Shown here piece after piece: positions 36,960-51,576 of a stretch of 64,000 nucleotides of DNA. The DNA lies in the NCBI GenBank assembly GCA_964016885.1, contig OZ024763.1, positions 14,136,001 through 14,200,000 of the forward strand. Reading direction: 5' to 3'. Within the stretch, counting starts at the first letter, position 1, and every line of letters starts with the position of its first letter. The position numbers and the translations under genes are program-made. The stretch comes from Eledone cirrhosa (Eukaryota). The notes beneath the pieces were generated by a model. The model was not told the DNA's origin and did no database searches. It was given only the letters and a program-made list of their open reading frames with translations.

Positions 36960-38063
36960 TTTAATCTCACCTCTTCCCATTAGATCTATATTTTTCTTCT
37001 GGAATACTGTATTAACATTTATATTTTCATGTCTATATTATTAAGTATTAAGGTTGTTATATAATATTTAGAGTACAGTCTACAGACAAGGGGAAGTAGG
37101 GAAGGGATAATTATTTAAAAACTGATCTCTCAACTCCATCTTTATTTAGCTTACCCCAGGGTTTCCCAACCTGGGCGATTTCATATATACGGACACACAT
37201 ATATTCATTAAATAATAGCCCTTCTTTAATATTTAACTCTGCACCTTAAGCATTGAGCACACCTCGCTTCGGCTATTGGCGTCTAGTATACTGTACCACA
37301 CTTTTTTGTCTCCTCTTTTCTTATGATACATATCTTCTCTTTAATATATATATATATTTATATATATATACACACATACATGCATAAACACTTCTATGCA
37401 AATACTCATACAGATATATTAAAAGCACATATATACCAGCATAATAACGATTGACAAACCATCAGGACACATGCTTGCTCGTGTGAAAACCGAACTTGCT
37501 ACTCTACGTACACTGACGGAAACAGATATGTACATAAACACACAAATAGAACTGGTATGACTTATATAGGTACATCAAAGATTTTGTTCCAATATTGAAC
37601 CATTCGAGGTAGTTAGAACGAAGTAGCAGTGTAGTACTGGGGTCAATTCTTCTATATCTCTTTCTTAATTCCTTTCTCTCACTCTATATCCGTCTCAGGA
37701 AAACATAACCTATCTGGGGTAGAGATCGGATCTGTCACCTTATACAAAATGCCCCGAACACCCCGAATGTCAATGTGGGACCTCTACAACTCCCTCACAA
37801 GTTATAGGTCCCTACATACGTACATAGAAACATCAGAGATATCTTTTATATCTTTCACTCGATAATGCTAGACAAGTATTCCGTGAGTCAGAAAGGAATG
37901 TTTGCGATATGACGGGAGAACCTCTCTGAATAAATATTAGATAGTTCAGATGCTACGTAAAGCAGGCGGCGACAACATCGAAGACCAGAGATGCCATGTG
38001 GAAATGGACATCGACATAACACACATAGGGTTACCTTATAATCATAGACATTTGGGCTTATGA

Positions 38064-38094
<31 letters not shown>

Positions 38095-39328
38095 TATATA
38101 CGGGTGCACAGGTGTACGGAGTTCTCATGTCGCCACTAAGGATTCCGCCAGATGTCCCGTCACACATCTCTACACCTTCCATTAAATGTTGATTAGTAAA
38201 TATATAGTAAGTATATATCACATGTAAGAGGGAAAGCCATAGCAAGTGTTGAGGATAAGAGACGTGTGGAATTAATAATAAAAATATTGTTAAAATTATT
38301 AATAGTAGTAGTTGTCACAATAAAGTGGGGAGGACAACATTATTATAAATAGTTATAATTGTTTCTACTTTAGGCACAAGGCCAGCAATTAACCAGTACA
38401 TTACTGGTACTTTATTTTATCGACCCCGTCAGGATGAAAGGCGTTGTTTAGAGGGCGGTGGATTGGCAGTATCAGTAGAGGGTCGGACGCCATGCTTTGA
38501 CGTATAGAGTTACGGCCCTTGCCATTCTGAGTTCAAATCCCGCCGAGGTTAACTTTGCCTTTCATCCTTACAGGGTCGATAAAAGAAAGTACCAGTAATG
38601 TACTGGGTAATTGCTGGCCTTGTGCCAAACGTAGAAACAATTATTATAAATACTTATATACACACAAGCTTAAACAGGTATACATACATACGCTTATCTA
38701 GACTCGTACGTACATAAACGTTTATAAATAAAAGCCGAAGCTGATAAAAAGAACATAGCTTACCATATCGAATTTGGAAGGATGCACATAACGTTGCTTC
38801 AACATGGTCCCATCATCATTTGCTGATACGATTATTGCATACGCAACACAAGTTTAAAGTCTATCTGTTTAGAAACCATCAAGCCAGGCCACCATCTAGA
38901 CACTGAGGTATGACAGTTGAAGGACATCAGGTGGTTATAGCTTCAAATCAAACCTAAAGAGATAAAAATAAAATCATGATATATTTTCTGAAAACTACAG
39001 AATAGTAAAAGACATGTCGACACCTTTGCGGTATTAATAAGACTGAGAAAGGTATGAACGCCACCACGTCAATTAAGCTTCGAAAATAGAAAGTAGGTTT
39101 ATATATCTATTAATTTTCATTTTCTTCCCCAATTCTGTATTTTGAAGTGCTTTCATTATTTTAAATATTTCTATCATGTCACTCGTTTGATTAATCTCCT
39201 CCAAAGTTGTAATTCTATGTGTTTGTCCTTGGTATAGTGAACTAATGTTGATATTTTCAAGTCTTGACATTTATATGGAATAGTGTCCTAATATTTAAAT
39301 AGTCTTTATATTTTTATCCTGCTCCCCT
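36960..39328. repeat. Diverged paralog of ~2840-5150 joined to a paralog of ~6635-6850
   Basis: Shared anchors include ttctggaatactgtattaacattt, catcaggacacatgcttgctc, gatgctacgtaaagcaggcggcgacaacatcga and aattaagcttcgaaaatagaaagtaggttt. Confidence 0.88.
38339..38657. mobile_element. Inverted SINE pair (minus 3' half 38357-38442, plus full copy 38451-38640) inside an 18-bp target-site duplication
   Basis: attattataaata(g/c)ttat at 38339-38356 and 38640-38657. The paralogous site near 4675-4692 is empty. Confidence 0.87.
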
Positions 39329-39625
39329 AAGATTTATCTCCTCTAAATTTACAAAAGTTCACATTTCTTTCACAAGATAGATCCTTAAATAATTATAGTG
39401 TTTTCTGTTTTCTTCTTCTCTTGGTTGCTTCATGAGCCTCGCCGTTTTTGCGGATGTCGGTTGACAATTTTCTCAGTGGTATCATACATATTCATCTAGA
39501 GTTTTAAATTTTTCAGCAATTAGCTAGGGAACAGAATGTTTTATTATTTCTATTATCCGTCTCCCTCTTTTGCTTCAACATGGTTAACCATATTTCAATT
39601 CATATTCATACATATTCACAATTCT
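39120..39625 (-). mobile_element. CR1-clade LINE remnant
   Basis: ORF 39073..39270 contains RITTLEEINQTSDMIEIFKIMK; paralog of 6635-7160. Confidence 0.75.
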
Positions 39626-40582
39626 TCTGTGAGGGGTATAAGAAGCTCGTTTTTTGCTCCACATTCGATACCAAATCATGCTTCCTTTTTATAACTTCGT
39701 TGTACAAATATAATAATTAAAGTATATATAAGCAATGTATATATATATAGATAGCTTCTTATTAACTCTTTCCCGAAACATTTATTTCTTCAAAATAAGG
39801 TAGGACATATCCCGAATAATATTGTAAGGTGTCTCAATAATTATTTCATTTCAATCAATTTTTCATTTCAGTTTTCTTTAGAAATATCTTGGCGTTGAAG
39901 ATTTGTCCTTCTCATAGTAATTAGCTTGTCTCAAAATTGTTCGCAGTGTTTCCATGTTTAGTGTCACACACTATCGTTAATTCTAATGTAATAAATGTTA
40001 CTTTTAAAAGAGTGAAGCTCTCAATTTTTTCTTTCTTTTGTATATTGATATCTAATGAATGACAAATGTATGTTATGTGATAGGAGAAAACACACACAGC
40101 CTTCTTCCCTCGCTATAGAAGGCTAACTGACAATGTCGTTCGTAGGAGTAACAAGTCACCTCTTACTGCCTTTTATATACCATGTGAACTGGAAAGATTT
40201 GCCAAGTATGGATACACTCTCTCCTTATCAATATTGTCCGAGTCCGAGGACATTTTCTCTCTGGTTAAGGAGTGAGAAGAAATATTAGGGATCAATCTCT
40301 AGCAATAATTTAATTAAATTATATTTAACCAAAGCTGTTATGTCGTGGTTGTTGTTATATTTTATAGTCGTGGTTTCAATGTTTATCAGGGGTTGTAGAA
40401 TTAGTTTTATCAAATTATTATCAAACAAAAATGATGTATATATTGTCGTTGTACGTTGAAATCACATATATAGATTTATATACACACCAAGGATGGAGGG
40501 AAGACGGAATTGAAAACCATTATTGCTGAGCACAACATTGCAGGATCAAATATAACACACACACACATATATATATATAATC

Positions 40583-41375
40583 AGGTATGACCATTGATGA
40601 ATGTCCCTGCAGATCATCAGGTTGTAGGATGAAATCAACCCTAGAGAAATGATAAATTATATGAAGGTATATTTTATGGAAGCTCGAGAAGAATAAAAAT
40701 GAAAGTGAACCATTTTGAATTGTTAATATGATTGGGAAAGACATGGAGGCCACTACATCAATTTTTCTTTTAAATAGAAAGTAGGTTTATAAATTTTAAT
40801 TTTGATAGTATTTTTGTAGTTGTCTCGGTAGTCTATTGGTAGGTGTTGGGACAGTGGTGATGCTGGTCTGGGGTTCAATCTCAGTCAGGAATCTCTCGAG
40901 AAATTTAATTTTTTTTAATTTTTCATAAAATGAACGAAAAATAGAGGTTGCAGGAATCTGACTGAGGTCGAACCCCAGACCAGCACCTCCATCACCTCTA
41001 ATACTTACCACTAGTCTACGGAGGCGGTTATAAAAACTAACTGAAAATTAATATTTATAAACCTACTTTTTCAATTTTTTATAAAAACAAAATTTCTGTA
41101 CAAGGTTTTCATGTACACCTGACAGAGATCGAACCCCTAATCAATATCACCACTGTCTCTAATGTCTACCACCAGACCACTGAGACGGTTATGAAATCGC
41201 AGTGAAAATTAATATTTATAAAACTACATTTTGTTCGGTTGAAAACTCGATGTAGTGGCATTCATGGCTTTTAAAGGACGTCCTTGAATTCATAAAGTAA
41301 ATCTAGACTTTATTTCTCATTGCTCTAGGCTTGATTTGAACCTACAACAACTCCGTCTGCAATAATGTCATACCT
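40583..41375. repeat. Hairpin A, duplicate copy
   Basis: Copy of 1255-2047. Confidence 0.88.
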
Positions 41376-42578
41376 CATTCCAGCTTAGTACGTCGTACCC
41401 GTAAATTGTTAAACGTGGTTCCTATATATACATGCAAGTCAGATTTGAACCTACAATGCTGTGCTTAATTTCTATTAATAAGTGTGTTTTATAAAAGAAA
41501 GTAAAGAAACAATTTAATGAAAGTAAAAAATTTATTTTATTCAGGAATGTTTTTATTTTATTTTATGTATTCACTTCATTAACTGCTGAATAGTTCTCTT
41601 GTTTTTGTTTGTTCTTACCATTGTTTACTGTAAATGGTGACTGTGATGAGACTGGATTATTACCAAGTTTTACTGGATGATGGCATTTCCTTATTGTATT
41701 ATTTTGTTGTCAGTGGACATCTCTCTAAATACCTGGAATAAACATATGGTGTGTCTTTTACGTAACATTTCATTTAATATCTGATGTTCCAATGGATTAC
41801 TTTTAAAATAAAACCAATAAACAGCACAGGTAGACTCCATCAAAAGAGACCACAGAGATGAGGTACGAATAATCTAAAATTAATTTTTAAAAAAAGACAA
41901 TGTTTAAAGAAAGACAAACATTAAAAAAATATTTCCAACAAACACGTAAAGACAAAGACAATCACATCCACAATTTAATATCTGAAGATCAACATTTTTC
42001 ACGATATAAATAAAACTAAATATGTAAAGTTAAGTGACCTCTCATTTATTTGCTCTAACTTTATTTTACTAATCTGTATTCTGTAGACATATATTTTCCT
42101 TGGTGTACATTACGATTTCGTTGATGAAAGTTTTCACTCGTCTTTAGATCTTTATTTCTTATAAAAGTTATAATACTCACCTCCTCTCATTAGATCTCTA
42201 TTTTACTTCTGGAATACTGTATTAACATTTATATTTTCATCTCGATATTATTAAGTATTAAGGTTGCCATGTATTACAATACAGTATATAAACAAGGGAA
42301 TATGAGGAGGGGTAATCATTTAAAAACAGCTAACCGCACACTCTGTGTATTTAGATTACACCAGGGTGTCCCATGGGCGATTTCATATATACATACACAC
42401 ATATATATACAAGTTATTGATTACAGAGTCGGGCTAGATCGATACAAAACGAACCTTAAGTTGATGAATAGCGAAACGCGCGCCGCGCCACGAATCAATA
42501 AACGTAATGAATGTGTACCCATTCGTCCTTATTTTATTATATATATATATTTTAATATATATATATATATATATATCT

Positions 42579-42623
<45 letters not shown>

Positions 42624-44257
42624 TAATTTATTTATTTCAACCTGGAGTTTCGACCGATAGATAGTATTAGCAATTGGAAAGACCAGTGGAAACATTGTTT
42701 CGTCGGTCCGATCTGACGAAGGTCGATCGACTGTCTATATATGTATATACATACACATACATTAATATTTACTCACTTCTATGTAAATATATATACATAT
42801 TAAAAACACATACCATATACCAGCTTAAAAACGACTGACTAACCATCAGGACACATGCTTGCTCTTGTTAAAATTTCACAGAGATACTTATGAAAACCGA
42901 ACTTGCAACGCCACGTACACTTACATACACACACCTGTACATATACAGACGTATAGAAAAGGTATGACTTATATAGGTACATCAAAGTTAATGTTCCACT
43001 ATAGCACCATTCGAGGTAGATAAAACGAAGTACCAGTGTAGTACTGGAGTCGATTCTTCTTCTATATCTCTTTCTTACTTCCTTTCTCCTACTTTCTCTC
43101 CTTCTCTGGTAAATATCTCCTGTGATCAGATCTAGGGTAGAGATGGGATCAGTCAGCTTTTAAAGAATACCCAAGACACCCCGAATATCAACGTGGGATC
43201 ACCAAGACTCCCTCGCAAGCTATACATCCCTACATACATAGCAACATCAGACAGATCCTTTATGTAGATTACTTTTACTCGATGATGGAAGACAAGTTTT
43301 CAGTGAGTCAGAAAGGAATATTTGCGATATGAAGGGAGAACCTCTCTGAATAAATATTAGATAGTTAAGATGCTACGTAAAGCAGGCGGCGACAACATCG
43401 AGGACCAGAGATGCCATGTGGAAATAGACATCCACATATAAATATACAAAGATGGGGGGACCTTATCATCATAGACACTTGGGCTTATGAATACACAAAT
43501 ATATATTTATATACATACATACATACATATATATACATGGGGGAGGGGGGGGGGGCTCCTGCAGGACTAGAACGGTTTCATTCGGAAGAAATCAAGGGCT
43601 TTCCTGATGATTTTTTCCGAATGAAACAGTTCTAGTCCTGTAGAAGCCATTTCTATATTAAATATTATTTATTAAGTATTTATAATCTGCTATGTAATGA
43701 GTACCTTACTTACTGTGGTTACCGCCGATTGAACCCGGGATAAACATATATATATATACGGGTGCACAGGTGTACGGTGTCCTCAAGTTAACACCAAGGA
43801 TTACGCTCGATGTCCCGTCACACATCACTACATCTTCGAGTAAATGTTGATTAGTAAATAAACCGTGTATCTCACATGTAAGAGGAAAACTATAGCAAGT
43901 GTTGAGGATAAGAGACGTGTGAAAATAATAATAATAATAATAATAGTGTTACAATTATTAATGGTAGTAGTTGTAATAATAAAGTGAGGGGGGACAACAT
44001 TATTATAAATAGTTATGTACACACAAGCTTACACAGGTACACATTCGTACACGTATTTACACAAACGTTTATAAATAAAAGACGAAGCTGATAAAAAGAA
44101 CATATATTACCGTATCGCGTTTGGAACGATACACTTGACGTTGAGTTCTTGAATCTGATCCCATCACCGGTTGCTGATACCATTATTGCACACACAACAC
44201 AAGTTTAAAGAGCTGCCTGTTTAGAAACAATATTTCCAGGCCACCATCTACTCACTA

Positions 44258-45035
44258 AGGTATGACAGCTGAAGGACATCACTGGATATCAGCTGGTCGT
44301 TGGATGAAATAAACCTAGTGATAAGAATAAAAGTCATGATATATTTTCTGAAAACTCGAGAAAAGTAAAAACCATGGCGACTTGTTTGTGGTATTAAAAA
44401 GACTGAGAAAGCCATGAACACCACCACGTCAATTAAGCTTCGAAAATAGAAAGTAGGTTTATATATATTAATTTTCAGTATATTTTTATATCCGTCTCGT
44501 TGGCCTATTGGTAGGTGTTAGAGACGGTGAAGATCGAGGTTTGGGGTTCAACCTTAGCCAGGATCTATATAAAATAAGGGGGTTTTACTAATTTTTTTCA
44601 GCTTTTTAAAAATGTAAAAAAGTAGATAAAAATTTTTTTTCATTTTACCATAGATTTTTTTACGTTTGCATTGAAAAAAGCTGAAAAAAATTAGTAAAAC
44701 CCCCTTATTTTATATAGATCGTGGCCAAGATCGAAACCCAGACCAGGATCTCCACCGTCTCTCATACCTCCCACTAGGCTACAAAGACAGCTTCAGAATA
44801 ATATTAAAAATTAATATTTATAAACATACTTTTGATTTTGGAAGATTAATTGAAGTGGTGGCGTTCATGCCTTTCTTAGTGTTGCTGTGATTAGAAAGGG
44901 TCGACTTTGTCTTTCATAATTCAGGCTCTTTCATGAAGTAAATATTCATTTTATTTCTTAACGCCCTAGTATTGATTTGAACCTACAATTACTTCGTCTG
45001 CAATAATGTTCACTAATTTCAAATCTGCCATACCT
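44258..45035. repeat. Hairpin B, duplicate copy
   Basis: Copy of 4934-5711. Confidence 0.92.
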
Positions 45036-45544
45036 AAATCCTGTTGCGACTTACAAATAAATTGTTAAATGTCACTTTTATATATTTACCAATGTGAGAT
45101 TGGAACCTACAGTTATGTGCTTTGCAGTAATGTCCCGTAACTCAAACTAGATTGCGCTAAGCTTATATATTTCTTTCGTCCGAACAACATAATGGTTTCG
45201 ATCCCAGTTCGCTACTGGTACAAGAAATAATTTAAAGAAATTCTATATCCCCAGCTAAATATTGAACTCCTAACGACATTTTATGTTACTTAATACCAAT
45301 AACCCTGTTACACACTGAACATCTAAGCCCTGAACACACATTTATATTTATGACTCAATTTCCAATTTTTTTAATGATATTACACCACCTTTGTGTTCTA
45401 GGTGAAAATCCTGTCGATATTAATTTACAATTTTATAACTTTAGAGAAGAAAAATAGAGTACCAGTCATTTTATGGGTTCAATTTAATCGATCGGCTTCA
45501 CCCCGTCAATCACTTGACATTTGCCAAACAAAAACACACAAACA

Positions 45545-45626
<82 letters not shown>

Positions 45627-45982
45627 CGACAAATTAAAATAAATTACGTGTTTAATAAAGAAAAAAATTATTGAAAGTAAGAAATTATAATTATTTAGTA
45701 ATAATATTTTTATTCTTTGTTTTCACTGCATTAACTGCTGAGTGTGACTTAATTTTCTTACTATTTTCTACTGTAAATGGCGGCTGAGTCGTTATTGGAG
45801 TATTACTAAGGTTTACTGGATGATGTTTGCTTATTGCTTTATTTTACAAAAAGTACCAGTAATGCACTGGGTAATTGCTGGACTTGTGCCTAAAGTAGAA
45901 ACAATTATTTTACAAACAGTGGACATCGGAATATCCCTCTATATACCTGGGATAAATGTAAGGAGCATTGTTATGTTATACA

Positions 45983-46538
45983 TAGTACAATGGTCATCTC
46001 TTCTTATATTTACATTTTCTTCCCCAATTCTGTATTTTGAAGTACTTTCATTATTTTAAATATTTCTATCATGTCACTCGTTTGATTAATCTCCTCCAAA
46101 GTTGTAATTCTATGTGTTTGTCCTTGGTATAGTGAACTAATGTTGATATTTTCAAGTCTTGGTATTTATATGGAATAGTGTACTAATATTTAAATAGTCT
46201 TTATGTTTTTGTCTTGTCTCCCCTAAGATTTATCTCCTCTAAATTTACAAAAGTTTCTTATCTTCCTTCACAAGACAGATCCCTAAATAATTCTAGTGTC
46301 TTCTGTTTTCTCCTCTCTGGGTTGCTTCAAGAGCCTCACCGTTTCTTCGGAGGTCAGTTGACCATGGCCCAAAACAATATTCTCAGTGGTATCACACATA
46401 TTCATCTAGAGTTTTAGATATTTCAGTATTTAACTAGGAAAAAGAATGTTTTATTATTTCTATTATCCGTCTCCCTGTTTTGCTTCAACATGGTTAGTCA
46501 TCTTTCAATTCATATTCATACATATTCACAATTCTTCT
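45983..46538 (-). mobile_element. CR1 remnant, duplicate of 6605-7160
   Basis: Segmental duplicate. Confidence 0.75.
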
Positions 46539-46892
46539 GTGAGGGGTATAAGAAGCTCGTTTGATGATCGAACCTGACTGAAAATCGTAAGGTCCTCAGA
46601 TACGTCTTGATTCTACGAAGCAGATTTTCCTATTTCCATACATTTATATACACACCAAGGATGGAAGACAGATCTCTGTATATTTTCATGAAATTAGATT
46701 CACCGTTAACATGGAGTGACGACTAAACTGTAGTTATGTCCAAGCCAGTTGATACAATTCTAAGTTAGTTGATATATTTTGAAGTATTGCGAGATTTACT
46801 GAATTCTTTTCTTATTTCCATAGCATGATCAAATTCACTACAATGCTTTCTGCTCACTTTTACTCAGCATCACAAATATTTCGTTCTTCATC

Positions 46893-47423
46893 TGTCATAT
46901 CTTTTTATCATCATTTACTGTTGTGTCGTCTACTCCATCATTTAAACTATTCAATTCACTAATATCTCTTTGAGAAATATATATTTTCTGATGTCTTTAG
47001 AGCATTGTATCTTATAAACAGTATAATGGTGTCCTCTTCTTACATTTTCTTCTGTAATTTCAAGTGCTTTCATTATCTTAAATATTTCTGTCGTGTCTCC
47101 CCTTAGCTTTATCTCCTCCAAAGTCGTAATTCCTGGCTTTTTACATCTTTCTTCTCAAGAATTCTGGTATTTCATGCTTTTTTCTTCTCTGGATTCCTTC
47201 AATAGTTTCTCTCTCCTTTCGGAAGTCGGGTGACCATACCTGCAAATAATATTCTAAGTAGTATCACACATATCATTTATCTAGAGTTTTAATATATCTG
47301 TATTTAGGTAGGTAAAGTAATATTTCATCATTCCTATAATCCGACTTGGTGTTGTGGTCTTTTCCTGTGAGATGGTTAGCTACCTTTAAATTCAAATTGA
47401 TACATATTCCACATTTGTTGGGG
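46893..47423 (-). mobile_element. CR1 remnant, duplicate of 7515-8045
   Basis: Segmental duplicate. Confidence 0.8.
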
Positions 47424-48135
47424 GTGGGTGAAACAAAAAAACACAATTTTACATCAGTATTCGATGTTAAAACTTGCTGGCGTCTTATACGTTCAAGATA
47501 CAAATATGATAATTAAAGTATATACTAGCCATGTATATGTATCACCCTATTTTTAACTCTTCTTCAAAATGTATTCCGAAAAATCCTGTATGAGGTCTCT
47601 GTAAGTGTTCGATTTTCAATAGATTGTATTGCCGTTGAAGATGCAATCATTTCTCCTTCTTATCAATAAACAATTTGTTATACAATTGTTGCTTCGTCCA
47701 TTTTAAGTTTAGTTTCACAAACTATCGTTAATTCAAGATTTTGCTCTAATATAATAAATTATACTTTTAAAAGACTGACATTCTCACATTCATTCTTTAT
47801 CTTCTATATTATCTAATGAATAAAACAATGTATGTGAGCTGTAGAAATAACACGACCTTCTTTCACCGCTGCAGATAGCAAACTGGCAGTGTGTTTAGCT
47901 GACAACGGTGAACGTCACGTGTTTAGTGTTAAATCCCAACAAAGTACCATTTATATACCGTGTTAACTGGAAAGACGGACCAAATAAGGATACAATCTGC
48001 TCTCCTTATCAATATTCTCTGAGATTGAGGACCTTGGTCCCTGAATAAGCAGTGAGATAAAGTGATAGGGTTGAATCTCTAGCAAGAATTACAGTAGGTT
48101 ATTTTTAACGAAGGACATCAATAAATTTAATAGTG

Positions 48136-48943
48136 AGGTATGACAGTTGAAGAAGGCCACTGCAGATTATCGGGTTGTAGGATGAAATGAACCTTAGAGA
48201 AAGTAAGTGAAGATATATTTTCTCAAATTGCCAGAAGAATAAAAATCCAATGTCGACCCTCTCGAAGTATTGATAATGCTGAGAAGGGCATGAATGCCAC
48301 AACATCTATTATGCTTGGAAATACAAGGTAGGTTTCTGAAAGCTCCAGATTAATAAAATACAAGGTCGGTCGTTGGTAGTGCGAATAACATGGAGAAAGA
48401 CATGAAGGCCACCACATCAAGTTTGCTTGGATATAGAAAAGTAGCTTTATAAATATAAATGTTCATAGTACTTTTGTGGCAGTCTCTGTGGGCTAATGGT
48501 ATGTGATAGAGACGGTGAAGATCCTAGTCTCTGGTTCAATCTCGGCCAGGAACTACACTAACGTTTTTCATTTTACTAGAGATAAAATGAAAAATTTTTG
48601 AATTTTTTCATTAAGACACCTCTGGTCTTGGCCAAGATTGAACCCGAGACCAGTATCTTCACCGTCTCTCATACCTTCCACAAGGCCACCGAAACTTGCT
48701 ACAAAAAGTTATGGAAAATTAATATTTATAAATCTACTTTACTATTTTCAAGCAAAATTGATGTGGTGGCGTTCATGCCTTACTCAATGTTATAAATACT
48801 AAAAAGGGTCGACTTTGTCTTTCATCCTCCTGGGTCTTTGATAAATTAAATCTTCACTTTGTTTCTTATCGCTCTACGGTTGATTTGAACCTACAATGTC
48901 CCCGTCTACAATAATATTTACTAACTTTAAATCTATCATACCT
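48136..48943. repeat. Hairpin C1, duplicate copy
   Basis: Copy of 8755-9560. Confidence 0.92.
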
Positions 48944-50287
48944 GGTTTGTGTGTGTGTGAAATATTCCCACCTCGTACAATAAGCCCGTAAATTGTTAAA
49001 CCTGATTTCTATATAGATAATATATGTAGCAGTGTAAGATCTGAACCTACAATGATATGTTTTGCAGTAATTTTACACAATTTCAACTAAATAGCGATAT
49101 GTATATGTTTTTCGTTTCTTAAAAATAAAAGAAATTCTATATCCGCAGCTAAATATTGAACTCCTGACAGCACCACAAACTACATTAAATATTTAACTAC
49201 AAAGTCTCACACGACTTTGTAACTAAATGATAAAATAATAACCTTAATTTTTAATTGATATTACTTCACCTTTTTGTGTTCTCATCTCGGTGAAAATCTG
49301 GCCCTGATTAATTTAACATTTTTATTTTTGGAGAGATAAAATATAGTACCAGTCACATACTGGAACCAATTTAAATGATCGAATTCTCCCCGGAAATTTC
49401 TGCCTCAGTTACAAACAAAGAGGGTGTATCTGTATGTGTAAATATATATATATACATATATATTAAAGTATGTGTTAGCAATAAATAAATGAAACAAATT
49501 AAATAATAAAAGTAAGACATTTTTATTCAGTAGTTTTATTTTTATTATGATTTTCAATACATTAACTGCCCAGTGTGCCTTTTGTTTTTGTTTCTTCTTA
49601 TTTTCTATTGCAAATGGCGGCTACGGCGAAACTGGATTATTACCAAGGTTTACTGGATGTTGTCTTTTGCTTCTTGGATTACTTTACAAACTTGAGACAT
49701 CAGGATATTTACCGCAATACCCGAGATAAACATAAGGTCTGTCTTTTACGCAATATTTCGCTTTAAAGACTTGTGTTGACTTGATCAAATTTGACCTGTC
49801 TACGAGACAGAGATGCTATTTCAAAACAAACCACACAGACCAACCATGAATAATCTAAAATTAGTTTTACAAAAGATAATCCATCTTTAAAGAGACAAAT
49901 ATTTAAAAATTGACGTTCAAAGGAACACTCGATGGCAGAAAGAATCTCAGCCACAATTTAATGTCTGAAGTTAGACATTTTTCACGACATAAATATAGTT
50001 TAATGCCCCTCCTCTCATATCCGATTCCTTTCCTCAAATCCTCCAATAATACATATTTTATAGAGATATAATGTTGTGTTTTGTTTATATTTTCACCTTT
50101 TCTAGTAATTCGTAGTTTTAGAATTGTCATTCCGATCATGTAGAAAATCTATGACATTATCCTGATTGATATTATACGTTTTCAATATGAGATTGGAAGG
50201 CATAGCAAGTTCAAATTCACGACAATGCTTTCCGCTCACTTTTACTCAGCATCACAAATATTTCAATCTATTCATTCGTTCTTCATC

Positions 50288-50823
50288 TGTCATATCTTTT
50301 TATAATCATTTACTGTTGTGTCGTCTACTCCATCATTTAAACTATTCAATTCACTAATATCTCTTTGAGAAATATATATTTTCTGATGTCTTTAGAGCAT
50401 TGTATCTTATAAACAGTATAATGGTGTCCTCTTCTTACATTTTCTTCTGATTTTCAAGTCCTTTCATTATCATAAATATTTCTGTCGTGTCTCCCCTTAG
50501 TTTTATCTCCTCCAAAGTTGTAATTCCTAGATTTTTACACCTTTCTTGTCAAGACAGATTTGTTAATAATTCTGGTATTTCATGCTTCTTTCTTCTCTGG
50601 ATTCCTTCAATAGCTTCTCCCTCCTTTCGGAAGTCGGGTGACCATACCTGCAAATAATATTCTAAGTAGTATCACACATATCATTTATCTAGAGTTTCAG
50701 TATTTCTGTATGTTGGTAGGTATAGTAATATTTTATCATTCCTATAATCCGACTTGGTGTTGTGGGTTTTTTTATGTGAGATGGTTAGTTAACCTTAAAT
50801 TCAAATTGTTACATATTCCGATT
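50288..50823 (-). mobile_element. CR1 remnant, duplicate of 10905-11440
   Basis: Segmental duplicate. Confidence 0.83.
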
Positions 50824-51576
50824 TTGTTGGGGTGGGTGAAACAAGAGACACATTTTTACATAAAAATTCGATGTTAAAACCTGCTGGCGTCTTATACATC
50901 CAAGATACGAATATGATAATTATATATGTTTGTACTAGCCATGTATAAGTATATCCCTATTTATAACTCTTCCTCAAAACAATATATTCCGAAAAATGCC
51001 GTATGATGTCTCCGTGAGTGTTCCATTTCAATCAATATCTCATTTCGATTTTCAATAGATTGTGTGGCCCTTGAAGATGCAATCATTTCTCCTTATAATA
51101 ATTAATTTGTTTTACAATGTTCGTATTGTTGCTTCGTCCATTTTACGTTTAGTGTCACAAACTATCGTTAATTCAAGATTTTGCTCTAATATAATAAACT
51201 ATACTTTTAAAAGACTGACATTCTCATATTCATTCTATCTCTTCTATATAGTTATCTAACCGATAAAAGAATGTATGTGGTATGTGAGAGGTAGAAATAA
51301 CACGACCTTCTTTCACCGCTGCAGATAGCAAACTGGCAGTGTGTTTAGCTGACAACGGTGAACATCACGTGTTTAGCGTTAAGTCCCAACATAGTGCCAT
51401 TTTTATACCGGGTTAACTGGAAAGTCGGACCAAATAAGGATACAATCTTCTGCCCTTATCAACATTCTCCGATCTTGGTCCCTGAATAAATAGTGAGATA
51501 AAGTGATAGGGTTGAATCTCTATCAAGAATTACAGTAGGTTATTTTTAACGAAGGACATCAATAAATTTAATAGTG

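Noticed and set aside
37263-37273. ctcgcttcggc, matching the U6 snRNA 5' stem
   Set aside because: Only 11 nt match, with no downstream U6 sequence such as the ACAGAGA box.
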